DNA from: Vulcanimicrobiota bacterium | GTDB taxonomy: Bacteria > Vulcanimicrobiota > Vulcanimicrobiia > Vulcanimicrobiales > Vulcanimicrobiaceae | NCBI GenBank assembly: GCA_963714015.1 | Contig: OY970223.1 | Span: 672,001-736,000, forward strand | Reading direction: 5' to 3' | Length of the DNA stretch: 64,000 nucleotides | Part shown: positions 28,403-39,396 of the stretch, one piece after another | How positions within the stretch are numbered: position 1 is the stretch's first letter | How the letters are laid out: each line of letters starts with the position of its first letter | The notes under the pieces: generated by a model | What the model saw: only the letters and a program-made list of their open reading frames with translations | The model's database searches: none | Told to the model about the DNA's origin: nothing | Position numbers and translations under genes: made by a program

Positions 28403-31400
28403 TCAGAAAAGTCTCTGATAGAGGAAGGTAAAACCAGTAGTGCCCTGCACAGCCTGCCCTGCCGTAACGCGCGGGTTGGTGGAGACCGTGACAACGGGGC
28501 TCGTGATCAGCGGGGTGGGGCCTTGCTGGACGAACATGGTGAACTGCACCGAGGTCAAGGCGTTGGGCTCGTAATCGAAGCCGAACGTCTGGCGAATCGG
28601 AATGCCGAACGTCGTGCCGTAGAGCGCGTAGAAGTCCTGGCCGAGCAGGCGCCTGGCAGCCACCCCGACGTTCCCGGTGTAGTCGACCGTAAGATTGACG
28701 TCCGAGAGGCCGAGCGTGTTGCCGAGCGCCGTCTCAACCGGCGAAAGCAGTCCTGCCGCAAACTGGGCATTGAGAATGTTGAAGGCTTCCTGCCCGACAG
28801 TCAGCGTGCCGTTCTCCCTCCGGACCAAGATGCTCGGCAGGAGCGCGCCCGTGCCCGGCTGGGGAGCGCCGTTGAGCTGGCCGGCCGGCAGGATCACTCC
28901 GGTGTCCGTAAACTGAATCGGTCCAACCAAACCGCCCAATGGGAGCAGCAGGGCAATGATCTGCTGATCGGTATAGCCGGGCGGATCGGAGGTGAAGGTC
29001 GAGCTTCGGATTGCCGACCGAGCCGCTGACCGTGACGGTAATGTCGGCGCTTCCGGTGGGATTTCGGGTGATATCCGGATCCGGATCGGTCACGTGCGTG
29101 GTTCCGACTGCGAAGATGTCCGGGACGACGCCGTTGGCGGGATCGAACGTCACCCTTCCCGTCTGCACGCGGAATGCATGATCGATGTAGGTCAGCGTCC
29201 CGCCGGCCGAATTGAATTGTCCCGCCAGGGCCGGATGCTGCAGCGAGCCCGTTAAGTGCGCTCGGCCTTCGCCCGAAATGTCCAAGCCGAAGAGGCCGAC
29301 GCCGCCGCCACGCACTCGCACGTTGCGCCCGGCGACGATGTTCAAATCGAAGCCGAGATTGAAGGGCGGCCCCGCCGGCGCTGCGCCGCCCGGTCCTGCG
29401 CCGAACTGCATGAACGTATTGAACGGCAGCACCGCATCCGAAATGCGCGCAGTTCCGTCGAGCAATGCTAACGCGCCGTTGGAACGGTGCAATCGCAGCG
29501 ACGCATCGAACGTACCGGCTCCGTACTGCGGCAAGCTCAGCTGCGCACCGACGCTGGTGAGGGCGATTGCATAGGAAAGAGGACCGCCGTGAAGACCGCT
29601 GCCGAAGTCGAGCGATCCCCTACCGTTCACCGTTCCGTTTCCGAGCTGAGCGTGTAAACGATCGAGCGTAGCGTGCGTTCCTCCGAACGTGAGTTGCGCA
29701 ACGGTATTCGTGATCGGAATCGTCTCGAGCGAGCTGACGTAGTTCACGTTGGCCGCCGCGAGCTGTCCGAAGATGCGTGGTGAGCCGACGGTGCCGCTGA
29801 TGCCGACGTGTCCGCTCAGAACGCCGCCGAGTTTCGTATTACTGCCGAGCAGCGGACCGAACGCGGAAAGATCGACGTTTTGACCGATTAGATCCATGGA
29901 GATCGGCGCCGCCGCAGGACCGATGGAGAAGGGCTGCAGCTGCAGTGGAAGCGCGCCGGCGATCGATGCGGTGCCTCGCGCGAACGTGAACTCCGCATTG
30001 CGTACCACCAAGTCGCGACGGTGCAGCTCGAGCTGACCGGTCATGGACGGAATGGCAATCCCGAATGCATTCACCCCGGTTGCGTCGATGCCGGCCGAGA
30101 GTGTGGGCTGCTTGAACGATCCGCCGATCGAGAGCGTCGTTTCAAATCGCCCGGCAAGGTCCAAATGTTTCTTGGAGACTTGCGCCACCAGGCGCGGCAA
30201 ATCGTTCGTGACCGCATGGATTTGCACGTGCATCGCCGAGGCAGGCGTCAATCCGAAATCACCGGAGCCCGTCGCCTGCAGCGACGACAATCCGAAGACC
30301 AGATTCGTAATTTGAATACGATCGCCGGGCGCCGTGCGCGCGGAGACTTCGGCTTGCTCGATAGCCAGCGGCCCGATAGTTCCGTCGTGAATCGAAGCGT
30401 TGCCCGTTACCGCGATGTGCGGATAACTTCCGCGAATTTGGGCCGCGCCGGCGATGCGCCCGGTCAGCGGCAACTGCGGAAACCCCATCGCAGGAAGCCA
30501 GGTGGTCAGACTGACGTCGCTTAGGGACGCATTGATGTTGTAGCGCGAATGCGCGATAACGCCCGACAGCCCCGATGCGGAAGCCAGGCCAATCGTGCCG
30601 GACGCGGCGAGCTGACCTTGATCGCCGCCGACGCGCACGCGGCCCTGCACCACGTTGCGAACTCCGGTCCAATCGGCGAGGGTGTCCCCGATCGGAAAAT
30701 CCTTGTAGCGCATACCCTTCACGTCGATGTCGCCCGAAGTGAACGTCAGGTTCGCGAAGTGCGAGAACTGAATCGCGATGGGCCCTTCTCCCGCGAGCGT
30801 ATCGCCCGTGTTGAAGTAGTCGTTGAAGTCGGCGAGATCGGCATGCGGCGATCGTAAGGAAAACGCTGCTCGTCCTTGGTGACGGTCGCCGCGAACTGCG
30901 CCGTCGTGCTTCCGACTTGCACCGAGGCGTGCTGCACCGATGCACCGCCCGGACTGACCGAAATCTGCGCGAACGCGTCCCGGAATCCCAAACCGTTGAT
31001 CTCACCAACGGGCACTGCGACCGAGCCGTGCACGGTGGGATCGGTGCCGTGGCCGCCGATGCGCACGTGGCCTTCGAAGCTTCCGTCTGCGTTGAAAGCC
31101 GGTGCGCGGGCAAGCGCGGCCATTGGCGCAATTTGCCCAATTGGCACGTCGGCCGCGATGTCGTATGAAGGAACGCCCGCCGCAAGATCGCCGATCGTAC
31201 CGTCGACCGACGCAAAGGTATTGCCCAGTCCCGCAAGTGCATCGCGAACGCGCAGCGTATCGCCCGCTATGGCGATTTCCGCCGTCGTTTCGAACGGACC
31301 GTAGCCGGCGGCGCTGCCGTGCTGCAATACGACGCCGGCATCTACGCCCGGGATCGCGGCTCCGGGGCTCAGTGCGCCGATCGCGCGCAGCGTTCCGTGC

Positions 31401-33666
31401 GCGATGGGCACTCCGAATCCGCCGTGCAGTGCCGCAGCATCGAGCGCGCTGGTGGCTAACGCCAAACGCGTCGGCCGCGAGGACGGGCCGGTCGCGAACG
31501 ATCCGGCGGCCACGACTGTACCGCCCGCTGCCGCAGCCTTCATTCCGTAGACGCGCAGCACGTTGTTGTCGAACTCCATCGTTCCGCTCAGGCGCTGCAC
31601 GGGAATGCCGTGCATCGTCGCGTTCTGCAGTATTGCGTTTTGCGCCTGGACGTAAATCTTGTTCTGCGCGATCGCGATGCCCATCGTGCCGCTGATCCCG
31701 CCGTGTAAGGGGAACGTGCCCAGAAACATGGTGCAGCTCTCGAACGATCCGTTGTAGTTTCCGCGCGCCGCGATGACGTTGGGCGCAAACGTCCCGGTGC
31801 CGTTGAACGTTCCCCATGGACCGTCGGCGTGCACGCGGCTGATCTGCGATGCGGCAAACGGGCCGGCGAAATGCGCGTCGATCGTATCGAACGGCACACC
31901 GGCGATCTTCGCGGGCGACATCAGCGCCGATCCGCCGATGACCACATCGCGCGCGGATCCGGTTCCCGCCAGATTCGCGCTGACTACTCGCGCGTCCATC
32001 GGCGGAAGCTGCGGGATCTCTACGCCGGGCATTACAACCGGCGCCGGCTGATCGAGCCGCATGTTTTGAACGGAGGCCCAGAACGCGCTATTGCCGTGCG
32101 GGCGGTCCAGACTGAACCCGGCTACCAGCGATCCGCCGTCCGGCCGCGCGAACCGCAATCGGGCCCAAAGTTGCCCGCCCGTACTGATCGATCGCATAGA
32201 ATCCGCTGGCGTTCTCAACTCCGCGCATCGAGAGCAGGTATCCCGCGCGCGTTTACTTTCAAATCGACGCCGTTCAGCAGCACTTCGGTGAGAATTGGCT
32301 GCGGCGCAAGCATCGCGCTCAAGTAAGGAATCTGCGTGGACGAGCCTATTGCGTGCAGCGCGAGCACGCTGTTTACCGTCTTGCCCAGCGCGAGATTCCC
32401 TTCGACGTGCATTTTGATGCCGCTGTAGTACGCATGGAACGGAAGCACGACCAGATTGCTGCGATAGAGCGCTACGTCGCCGTGCGGGTCGTCGATCGGT
32501 ACCCGCTGATAATAAAACCGCTTTCCGCTGAAGCCGATGAGCAGGATCGGATTGCTCAGGTCACCTTCGATGAGCGCGTGAATGCGCACTGCGCCGAAGA
32601 TCGGAAGTCCGTTGGCGAAGTGCGCCACTTCCTTCAGATAGCGCAGATCGCCGCGGCCATCGACGCCGAGACGGAACTGAGGGTCTTTGAAATTGAATAT
32701 GCCGCCGGAGAACACGATTGGTATGTGGCCAACCTGCGCGGTCATGTGTGAGGCGGCGAAGCCCGAGCCGAAGACTTCGATCGGTCCTTCAATGTTCCGG
32801 ATCGGCGCATCCAGGCTGCTGACAATCATGGTTCCGTCGCTCAGCCTTCCGCTGCCTGACAGATCGTAATTCGCCGGCAGCGGCCCGTGACCGCCGCGCC
32901 GCAGCTCCGGCGCGAATGCCCACGCCTGCATGTCGAAACTGTGAACGGTCCCGCTCAGGATGTGCGCCGCCGGGGAATTTATGAAATAATTGCCGATGGT
33001 TGAAATCGGAATCGCCCGTACGGTGATATGGTGAAACGCATAACCGGCTTCGTAGTCAATAGTTCCGGCTAACCGAAAGGGCTGCGGTCCCCTGTCCTCC
33101 AGCTGACCTTTGACGAGATACTTCGTTCGTGTGGCGGTATCGATCGAAACGCCGGCGTCGATGGCGTCAATCCGTTGAGAGCGGCTTCCTTTGTAGAAGC
33201 GGTATTGGTCGATCAGCGCCACGGACGCGTCGCGAATTCGAATGGTAAATGCCAGCGGTACGCCGTTCGCGCGGGCGGGGCCCCGGGTTCCGCCGCTGAC
33301 GGCGCGCGGCACCGCGATATTGTACGAGCCGTCGCGATGATGAATGATGGTGATCTGCGGACGATCGATCGCAATGGCGCTCAGCCCGAAACGATGCTTG
33401 CTCCCCGGCAGCAAATCTCGCAGATCGTAATAGACGTCGATGCGCCGCGCCCGCAGTACGGGCTCTCCGCCGCGTGTGATGCGAACGTCCGTCAGGGCGC
33501 CGTGACGGCTCTCCAGACGGAAGTCCGTGCTGCTGATGTCGTAACCCATCGCGAGGCCGGCCATGGAGACGGCAAACCGCGCCGCGCCGTTGTGAAAAAT
33601 GGCGAGCGCGACGATGGCGGTAACAATCAGAGCCGCAGCCGCGGCGAGCAGCCGTTTGCGCAACAA
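28403..33666 (-). CDS. tamB: TamB/AsmA-like translocation and assembly protein (~1750 aa; several frameshifts)
   Basis: N-terminal membrane anchor, long beta-rich body, DUF490-like C-terminus (LTGSLQHPALAG, VTVSGSVGNP); ORFs 32215-33666, 30746-32218, 28734-30722, 28403-28939; upstream of bamA. Confidence 0.82.
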
Positions 33667-33743
33667 GACCTCCGCGCTGGCTTATACCCCACGGCCCTCG
33701 TGTCATCCTGACCGTTCGCGAGCGTCTGCGCTTCGCGCGCAGA

Positions 33744-35639
33744 TTAGAGGTCTAAGTTCTTGACGGATTTGGCGTACTCGAAAATGTACTGCTTGCGCGG
33801 TTCGACTTTGTCACCCATCAGGTCCGTGAAGATCTGCTCCGCCTCGACGGCGTCTTCGACGGTGATGCGTTTGAGCCGGCGGTTCCCGACCTCCATCGTC
33901 GTATCGGCCAGCTGCTCGGCGTCCATCTCGCCCAGGCCCTTGTACTGCTGGACGACGTAGTCTTTACCGTCTTCCCCGATGATGGACTTGAGCTCCGGCT
34001 CGCTGAACGCGTACCACTGCTTTTTTCCCTTGCGCACGCCGTAAAGCGGCGGCTGAGCGATGTAGACGTAGCCTTCTTCGACCAGCGGTTTCATCTGCCG
34101 GTAGAAGAACGTCAGCAGGAGCGTGCGGATGTGCGAACCGTCCACGTCGGCGTCGGTCATAATGATGATCTTGTGATAGCGCAGCTTGCCGGCGTCGAAC
34201 TCGTCGCCGAAACCGGTCCCCAGCGCCGTGATCATCGTGCGAATCTCTTCGTTCGAGAGAACCTTGTCCAGGCGAGCCTTTTCGACGTTGAGAATCTTGC
34301 CGCGCAGCGGCAGGATCGCTTGAGTATTCGGATCGCGCCCGCCTTTCGCGGTGCCGCCGGCCGAGTCGCCCTCGACCAAGAAGATCTCGCTCTCCGCGGG
34401 ATTATTGTTCTTGCAGTCGACCAGTTTGCCGGGCAGACCCGAGCCTTCGAGCGCGTTTTTGCGGCGCGACAGGTCGCGCGCCTTTTTCGCGGCCTCGCGC
34501 GCGCGCTGCGCCTGCATGCACTTGTCGATGATCGTGCGTGCCGATTTCGGCGTCTCTTCGAAGAAAAAGTCCAGGCGCTCGTTGACCAGCGTGTAGACGA
34601 TGTTGCGCACGCTGGCGTTGCCGAGCTTCGTTTTCGTTTGACCTTCGAACTGCGGCTCCGCCAGCTTCACCGAAACGACCGCCGTGAGTCCTTCCATGCA
34701 ATCGTCGGTAGAGAGATTGCTGTCGGATTCCTTGAGCATGCCGCGTTTCTTCGCGTAGCTATTGACCGAATTGCTGATCGCCGTGCGAAAACCGGTGAGG
34801 TGCATGCCGCCCTCGATCGTATTGATGTTATTTGCATACGACGAGATGATCTCGGTGTAGGTGTCGGTCCATTGCATCGCAACTTCGACGTCGACGCCGT
34901 CGCGTTCGTTGTGCGTCGAGATGATGGGATGCAGCGGGTCCTTCTTCTCGTTCAGCCATTCAACGAAGGAGACGATGCCGCCGTCGAACTTGAACGTGCG
35001 CTCGCGCACTTGCTCTCCCCGCTCGTCACGCAGATCGATCGCAAGCCCGCGATTGAGGAACGCTAATTCGCGCAGCCGCTTGGCCAGCACGTCCCAGTGA
35101 AACTCCGTGACCTCGAACATCTCGCGATCGGGAAGAAACCACTGCAGCGTTCCCGTGCCCTCCGCCGCGCCAAGCTTCTTGAGTTTCTGCACCGTCAGCC
35201 CGCGCTCGAACTTCATCTCCCACAACTTGCCGTCACGTTTGACGCGCGTGGTCATCTGCTCGGAGAGCGCGTTGACGACGGAGATGCCCACACCGTGCAG
35301 GCCGCCCGAAACCTTATAGCCGCCTTTGCCGAACTTGCCGCCCGCATGGAGGATCGTCATGATCACTTCGACTGCCGGCATCTTTTCTTCGGCGTGGATG
35401 TCGATTGGAATGCCGCGGCCGTCGTCCTCGACGGAGCACGATCCGTCCTTGTACAGAACGACTTTGATGTTCTTGGCGTAGCCGGCCAACGCTTCGTCGA
35501 CCGCGTTGTCGACGGCTTCGTACACGAGCTGATGCAGCCCCCGCTCCGCAGTGTTGCCGATGTACATGCCGGGGCGTTTGCGAACCGCTTCGAGACCCTT
35601 GAGGACCTCGATTTGCTCCGCGCCGTAGTTGTTACTCAC
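33744..35639 (-). CDS. gyrB: DNA gyrase subunit B
   Basis: LEAVRKRPGMYIG, LHAGGKF, SGGLHGVG, VEGDSAGG, PLRGKILN, MTDADVDG, YKGLGEM. Confidence 0.97.
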   Translation of the reverse strand: MSNNYGAEQIEVLKGLEAVRKRPGMYIGNTAERGLHQLVYEAVDNAVDEALAGYAKNIKVVLYKDGSCSVEDDGRGIPIDIHAEEKMPAVEVIMTILHAGGKFGKGGYKVSGGLHGVGISVVNALSEQMTTRVKRDGKLWEMKFERGLTVQKLKKLGAAEGTGTLQWFLPDREMFEVTEFHWDVLAKRLRELAFLNRGLAIDLRDERGEQVRERTFKFDGGIVSFVEWLNEKKDPLHPIISTHNERDGVDVEVAMQWTDTYTEIISSYANNINTIEGGMHLTGFRTAISNSVNSYAKKRGMLKESDSNLSTDDCMEGLTAVVSVKLAEPQFEGQTKTKLGNASVRNIVYTLVNERLDFFFEETPKSARTIIDKCMQAQRAREAAKKARDLSRRKNALEGSGLPGKLVDCKNNNPAESEIFLVEGDSAGGTAKGGRDPNTQAILPLRGKILNVEKARLDKVLSNEEIRTMITALGTGFGDEFDAGKLRYHKIIIMTDADVDGSHIRTLLLTFFYRQMKPLVEEGYVYIAQPPLYGVRKGKKQWYAFSEPELKSIIGEDGKDYVVQQYKGLGEMDAEQLADTTMEVGNRRLKRITVEDAVEAEQIFTDLMGDKVEPRKQYIFEYAKSVKNLDL

Positions 35640-36025
35640 TCTGAAAGGCGCTCCGCCCTAGGCTGCGCGCCCCCCGCGCAAAAGCGCGGGGCCCCCAAGA
35701 CAGTGGGGCGCGCATGATTCGTTTTACTCCAGAGACTCCCCGTGGGCGCCCCTATCGACGGTTTGCTTTTTGAAAGGCGCTCCGCCCTAGGCTGCGCGCC
35801 CCCCGCGCAAAAGCGCGGGGCCCCCATGACCGTGGGGCGCGCATGATTCGTTTTAGTCCAGAGACTCCCCGTGGGCGCCCCTATCGACGTTTTGCTTTTT
35901 GAAAGACGCTCCGCCCTAGGCTGCGCGCCCCCCGCGCAAAAGCGCGGGGCCCCCATGACCGTGGGGCGCGCATGATTCGTTCTTATCGAGAGCCTCCCCG
36001 TGGGCGCCCCAATCGACGTTTTCAT
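35636..36025 (-). CDS. Repeat-derived 129-aa ORF (3 x 43 aa) bridging dciA and gyrB
   Basis: ATG 6 nt after the dciA stop; TGA overlaps the gyrB GTG (GTGA); no recognisable protein family. Confidence 0.35.
   Translation of the reverse strand: MKTSIGAPTGRLSIRTNHARPTVMGAPRFCAGGAQPRAERLSKSKTSIGAPTGSLWTKTNHARPTVMGAPRFCAGGAQPRAERLSKSKPSIGAPTGSLWSKTNHARPTVLGAPRFCAGGAQPRAERLSE
35640..36025. repeat. Three tandem 129-bp repeats, each containing the 104-bp structured element
   Basis: Cores at 35647-35750, 35776-35879 and 35905-36008; near-identical; period 129 bp. Confidence 0.95.
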
Positions 36026-36031
36026 TGAATG

Positions 36032-36851
36032 TTATTTCCCGTAGAAGATGTCGTGGAGTTCGTCGCCCAGCAGATCGCGCACGACCGCCGGAACGATCCG
36101 CTCCGGATCCAATTCACTCTTGAGCAGCACGTACGAACTGGCAATCAATCGATCGCGAGACGTCAGCGCTTTTCCGCCCGTTCGACGCACTCGTTCGAGC
36201 GCATCGTGCCAGCGGCGCAGCAGACGCTGCCGTATCGCTTGATATTCGCGCTGCGTCAAATCCTCGACCAGCGGTGCTATGCCGGCGTATCCGAGCCACG
36301 GCACTTCAAAAAGCAGGCGAGCTACGGATGCATCCCGTTCTTGCGATTTTGCATTTGCGCAAGGCACGCAAAACGGCCCGGATTCCGGAACATTCCGGGC
36401 ACCGCACCGCATGCATTGTTTCCACCCCGCGACGGTTTTCGCCCGCTTGAACGCCTCCACGTCCTCCCGAAAACGTTCGAACGCGGCTTTGAGCGTTTCG
36501 ACCGGTTCGCGCTTGTCGCGACGGACGCGGCGCGCAGGTCGCGAGGGTCCGAAATTGGGAGCAGTCTGCTGCAAGCGGCCTACCCGGAAGCGGAGGCGCT
36601 CGAGCTCGACGCCGGCGTGGACGCGCAAGGCGTCCAATATCCGGTCGCTCAAGAAGGAGAGCTGCTGACTCCACGCGCCGGACCGCGTGAGCACGAGCAG
36701 TGAACCATGAGCTATTTCTTGCGGGCGGCTGTTTGCGGCGACGTCGTCGCCGACGACGCTGCTCCATGCGGCCCTTATGTACAACAGCGGATCGGCGCTC
36801 AAAGGCTGCAGTTGGTTCCCAGTCGGAGAGCGCCGCACCGAGCCGCTTCAA
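36032..36851 (-). CDS. dciA: DciA/DUF721 family protein with Zn ribbon (frameshift ~36805)
   Basis: AWSSVVGDDVAANSRP, LLVLTRSGAWSQQLSF, LRFRVG; CMRC..CVPC; between recF and gyrB; TTG 36851 overlaps recF stop. Confidence 0.8.
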
Positions 36852-37948
36852 CGCGAGGTCACCATGGCGTCTCGAATTTCGTAAATCTGCGACGCACCCA
36901 AGCCTTGCGGCAGATGCGTGGCGGTGATGAAAGCCTGCTCAAAGCCCCCCACGCCGCTCAAAAACGTCCCGGCACGCTCCGTATCGAGTTCGGAGAGAAC
37001 GTCGTCCAGGAGCAACAGCGGCGCCTCCGCAGAGCGTTCCTGCATAACGCGGTATTCGGCAACCTTGACTGCCAGTACCGCCGTGCGCTGCTGGCCTTGC
37101 GAACCATACGCGGAAAGCGACCGCCCGTCCAGCAAAAGGTCGAGATCGTCGCGATGAGGCCCGGCCAAGGTGACGCCGCGGGTACGTTCCTGGGCGGCAA
37201 CTCCGGCTAATTGGCTTTCGAATGCCGCTTCGACGGCATCTCGCGTGGGGGTTTCGAAGCGGACGCTGGGCGCGTACCGGATCTCCAGATGCTCGCTGCC
37301 GCCCGTCCACTGCGCGTGCGCGTGAGAGGCCGTCTCGGCGAGGGCGTCCACGAACCCATTGCGCGCCAGCATGATCGCTGCACCGGCCTGCACGAGCGTT
37401 TCGTTATAGATCGCCAGCAGTTCCGGATCGGGCTCCGCCGGTGCGCGCAGAAGCGCCGCCTTTTGCGAGAGCACTTTCTGATAGCGCGCGAGCTCGTGGT
37501 AGTACGTCTTCTGCTCCTGCGCAAGTGCCGTGTTGAGAAGCGAGCGCCGCAGTGCCGGCGGTCCGGTTACCAGCTGCAGGTCTGCGGGGACGAACGTCAC
37601 TACGCGCAGACTGCCCAGAAAACTCGCGTACCTGACGCTGCGGCCGTTGACGGCGTACATCTTGCGCATGCCGCGCGCCGTCGACGTCACCGTGCATCCC
37701 AGCCGCACGGTGCCGGCGCGTACGAGCGTCTCTCCCGAGATCGCGGCAATTTCCAAGCCCTCCCGAATCAAATCCCGCTCGCGCGAAGTGCGAAAAGACT
37801 TCCCCGTACCGAGCATCGCAATCGCTTCCAGCAGATTGCTCTTGCCTTGGGCGTTCGCCCCGACGAACACGTTCAGTCCCGGCGCCGGCTCGAGTTCCAG
37901 ATGCGCGTAATTTCGGACATTGGAGAGACGCAGCGCGGTTAAGCGTAT
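36848..37948 (-). CDS. recF: DNA replication/repair protein RecF
   Basis: (I)RLTALRLSNVRNY, GANAQGKSNLLEAI, GPHRDDL, GSQGQQRT, LLLDDVLSELD; conserved N-terminus begins at ATA 37948. Confidence 0.95.
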   Translation of the reverse strand: MRLTALRLSNVRNYAHLELEPAPGLNVFVGANAQGKSNLLEAIAMLGTGKSFRTSRERDLIREGLEIAAISGETLVRAGTVRLGCTVTSTARGMRKMYAVNGRSVRYASFLGSLRVVTFVPADLQLVTGPPALRRSLLNTALAQEQKTYYHELARYQKVLSQKAALLRAPAEPDPELLAIYNETLVQAGAAIMLARNGFVDALAETASHAHAQWTGGSEHLEIRYAPSVRFETPTRDAVEAAFESQLAGVAAQERTRGVTLAGPHRDDLDLLLDGRSLSAYGSQGQQRTAVLAVKVAEYRVMQERSAEAPLLLLDDVLSELDTERAGTFLSGVGGFEQAFITATHLPQGLGASQIYEIRDAMVTSR

Positions 37949-37964
37949 GGCGCGGCCGTTTCAG

Positions 37965-39080
37965 TTATTGCCGAAGCGGCATCAACACGTAGAGTTGCTG
38001 CGCGCCTTCCGGCGGTTCGACGGGACGAATCGCCGCCGGCGAAAGCGGCCCCAGGAACTCCAGAACGGTCTGCGGCGAGTCGATATGATTCAAAATTTCG
38101 ACCAGATAGCGCGCATTGAACGCGATCGTGAGATCTTCGCCTTGCTGCTCGACTTCGAGCTCTTCATAGGCGTTGCCCGAGACGTCGGAACTGGCGGTAA
38201 CGATCAGCGTTTGGTTGGCAACGGCCAACTTCACCATGCTCGCTCTATCGCCGGCGACGAGTTCGGCTCGGCGCAGGCTGCTGATTAGGGCCGCGGTATT
38301 CGCCGTTATCGAGCGGTCGAATTTGGCCGGAATCACTTGTCCGTAATTGGGATATTGGCCGTCGACCAAACGTACGACGATCGAGGTGTCCCCCGCCGCA
38401 AAAGCGAGCTGATTGCTCTGCGCGCCGAGCGCCGTAACCTCGACGGCGTCGGCACTGCCGACGTTTCGTGCGGCTTCTGCAAGCGCGCGCGACGGCACGA
38501 TGTATTTTTCGCTGCCCGAGATACCGCTCTCGAGCGCCGTTTGATACCGGGCCAGACGGTAGCCGTCGGTCGCGACCATCGTCAGAGAATCGCCCTCGAG
38601 TTCGAGCAGCGTACCCATGAGGACCGCGCCCCGTGCTTCTTCACTCGAGGCGGCAAAGATCGTTGCATTGACGCCGTCGCGGAAGCGTTTGGCCCCAAGC
38701 GTGAAGTTTTGTCCGCGCTGCGCGCTGGGCAGCGGCGGGTACTCGTCGGCCGGCAGTGCATGAAAATCGTAGTTGCTGCGCTGCACCTTGATGCTGGCCC
38801 GGGTCGGCGTGCCGGTAAGTTCGAGCGTGCCGGGCTGCAAGTTACCCAGATAACTGCTGAAGAGTTTTGCGGGCACCGTGACGCTGCCGCTCTCGGTCAC
38901 TTCGGCCGGGAAGGCGTGCTGCAGCGTGAGTTCCAGATCGGTTGCGCGCACCGCAATCCGGCCCTCTTCGGCGGTCAACAGCACGTTCGAGAGAATCGGA
39001 ACGGTCGTGTGCGCGTTGACGACTTTGCTGGCCGCTCCGACGGCGCCGGCGATGTCCTTGGTGTTACAGGTAAACTTCAC
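37965..39080 (-). CDS. dnaN: DNA polymerase III beta sliding clamp
   Basis: PILSNVLL, ATDLE, VATDGYRLA, RLVDGQYPNY, IAFNARYL, YVLMPLR. Confidence 0.97.
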   Translation of the reverse strand: MKFTCNTKDIAGAVGAASKVVNAHTTVPILSNVLLTAEEGRIAVRATDLELTLQHAFPAEVTESGSVTVPAKLFSSYLGNLQPGTLELTGTPTRASIKVQRSNYDFHALPADEYPPLPSAQRGQNFTLGAKRFRDGVNATIFAASSEEARGAVLMGTLLELEGDSLTMVATDGYRLARYQTALESGISGSEKYIVPSRALAEAARNVGSADAVEVTALGAQSNQLAFAAGDTSIVVRLVDGQYPNYGQVIPAKFDRSITANTAALISSLRRAELVAGDRASMVKLAVANQTLIVTASSDVSGNAYEELEVEQQGEDLTIAFNARYLVEILNHIDSPQTVLEFLGPLSPAAIRPVEPPEGAQQLYVLMPLRQ

Positions 39081-39335
39081 GGTTGTCCACTTCGTCTTTC
39101 GTGCGGCGTAACTCTAAAGTAAATAAGACCTAACCGTACCAGTAGTAAGGCGGTGTATTCTGCGAACAACCGCAGATCCGCTTGCCGTTACGCGGTTTTT
39201 CGGCCCGAACAAGTTGTGCAGTACCCTTGGACGGCCTTGCACATCTCCACTCCGGCGCGCTCCCAGGCAGTTATCCACGCGCGCGCAGGCGCCCTGTGAA
39301 GCGAAGCGTGCATATTATGGATAACGCGCAGCGGC
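39081..39335. other. oriC segment between dnaA and dnaN (DnaA boxes, DnaA-trio/DUE-like region)
   Basis: TTATCCACG 39271-39279; TTATCCATA (minus) 39316-39324; minus-strand TTGTTCGCA-GAATACACC-GCC-TTACTACTGG then AT-rich tract 39110-39130. Confidence 0.7.
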
Positions 39336-39368
39336 AAAAACGAAACGGCCCGGGGAGCCCGGACCGTC
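39336..39368 (-). terminator. Intrinsic terminator after dnaA
   Basis: Minus strand GACGGTCCGGG-CTC-CCCGGGCCGTT followed by TCGTTTTT. Confidence 0.65.
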
Positions 39369-39396
39369 CATCGAGATCTGCCGCCGCGCGGCCCGA

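Noticed and set aside
33725..33743. Hairpin after gyrB as a terminator
   Set aside because: 7-bp stem abutting the stop codon with no U-tract on the minus strand
35640..36025. CRISPR array or RiPP precursor
   Set aside because: Units are 129 bp and nearly identical throughout, with no unique spacers, no cas genes and no modifying enzymes nearby
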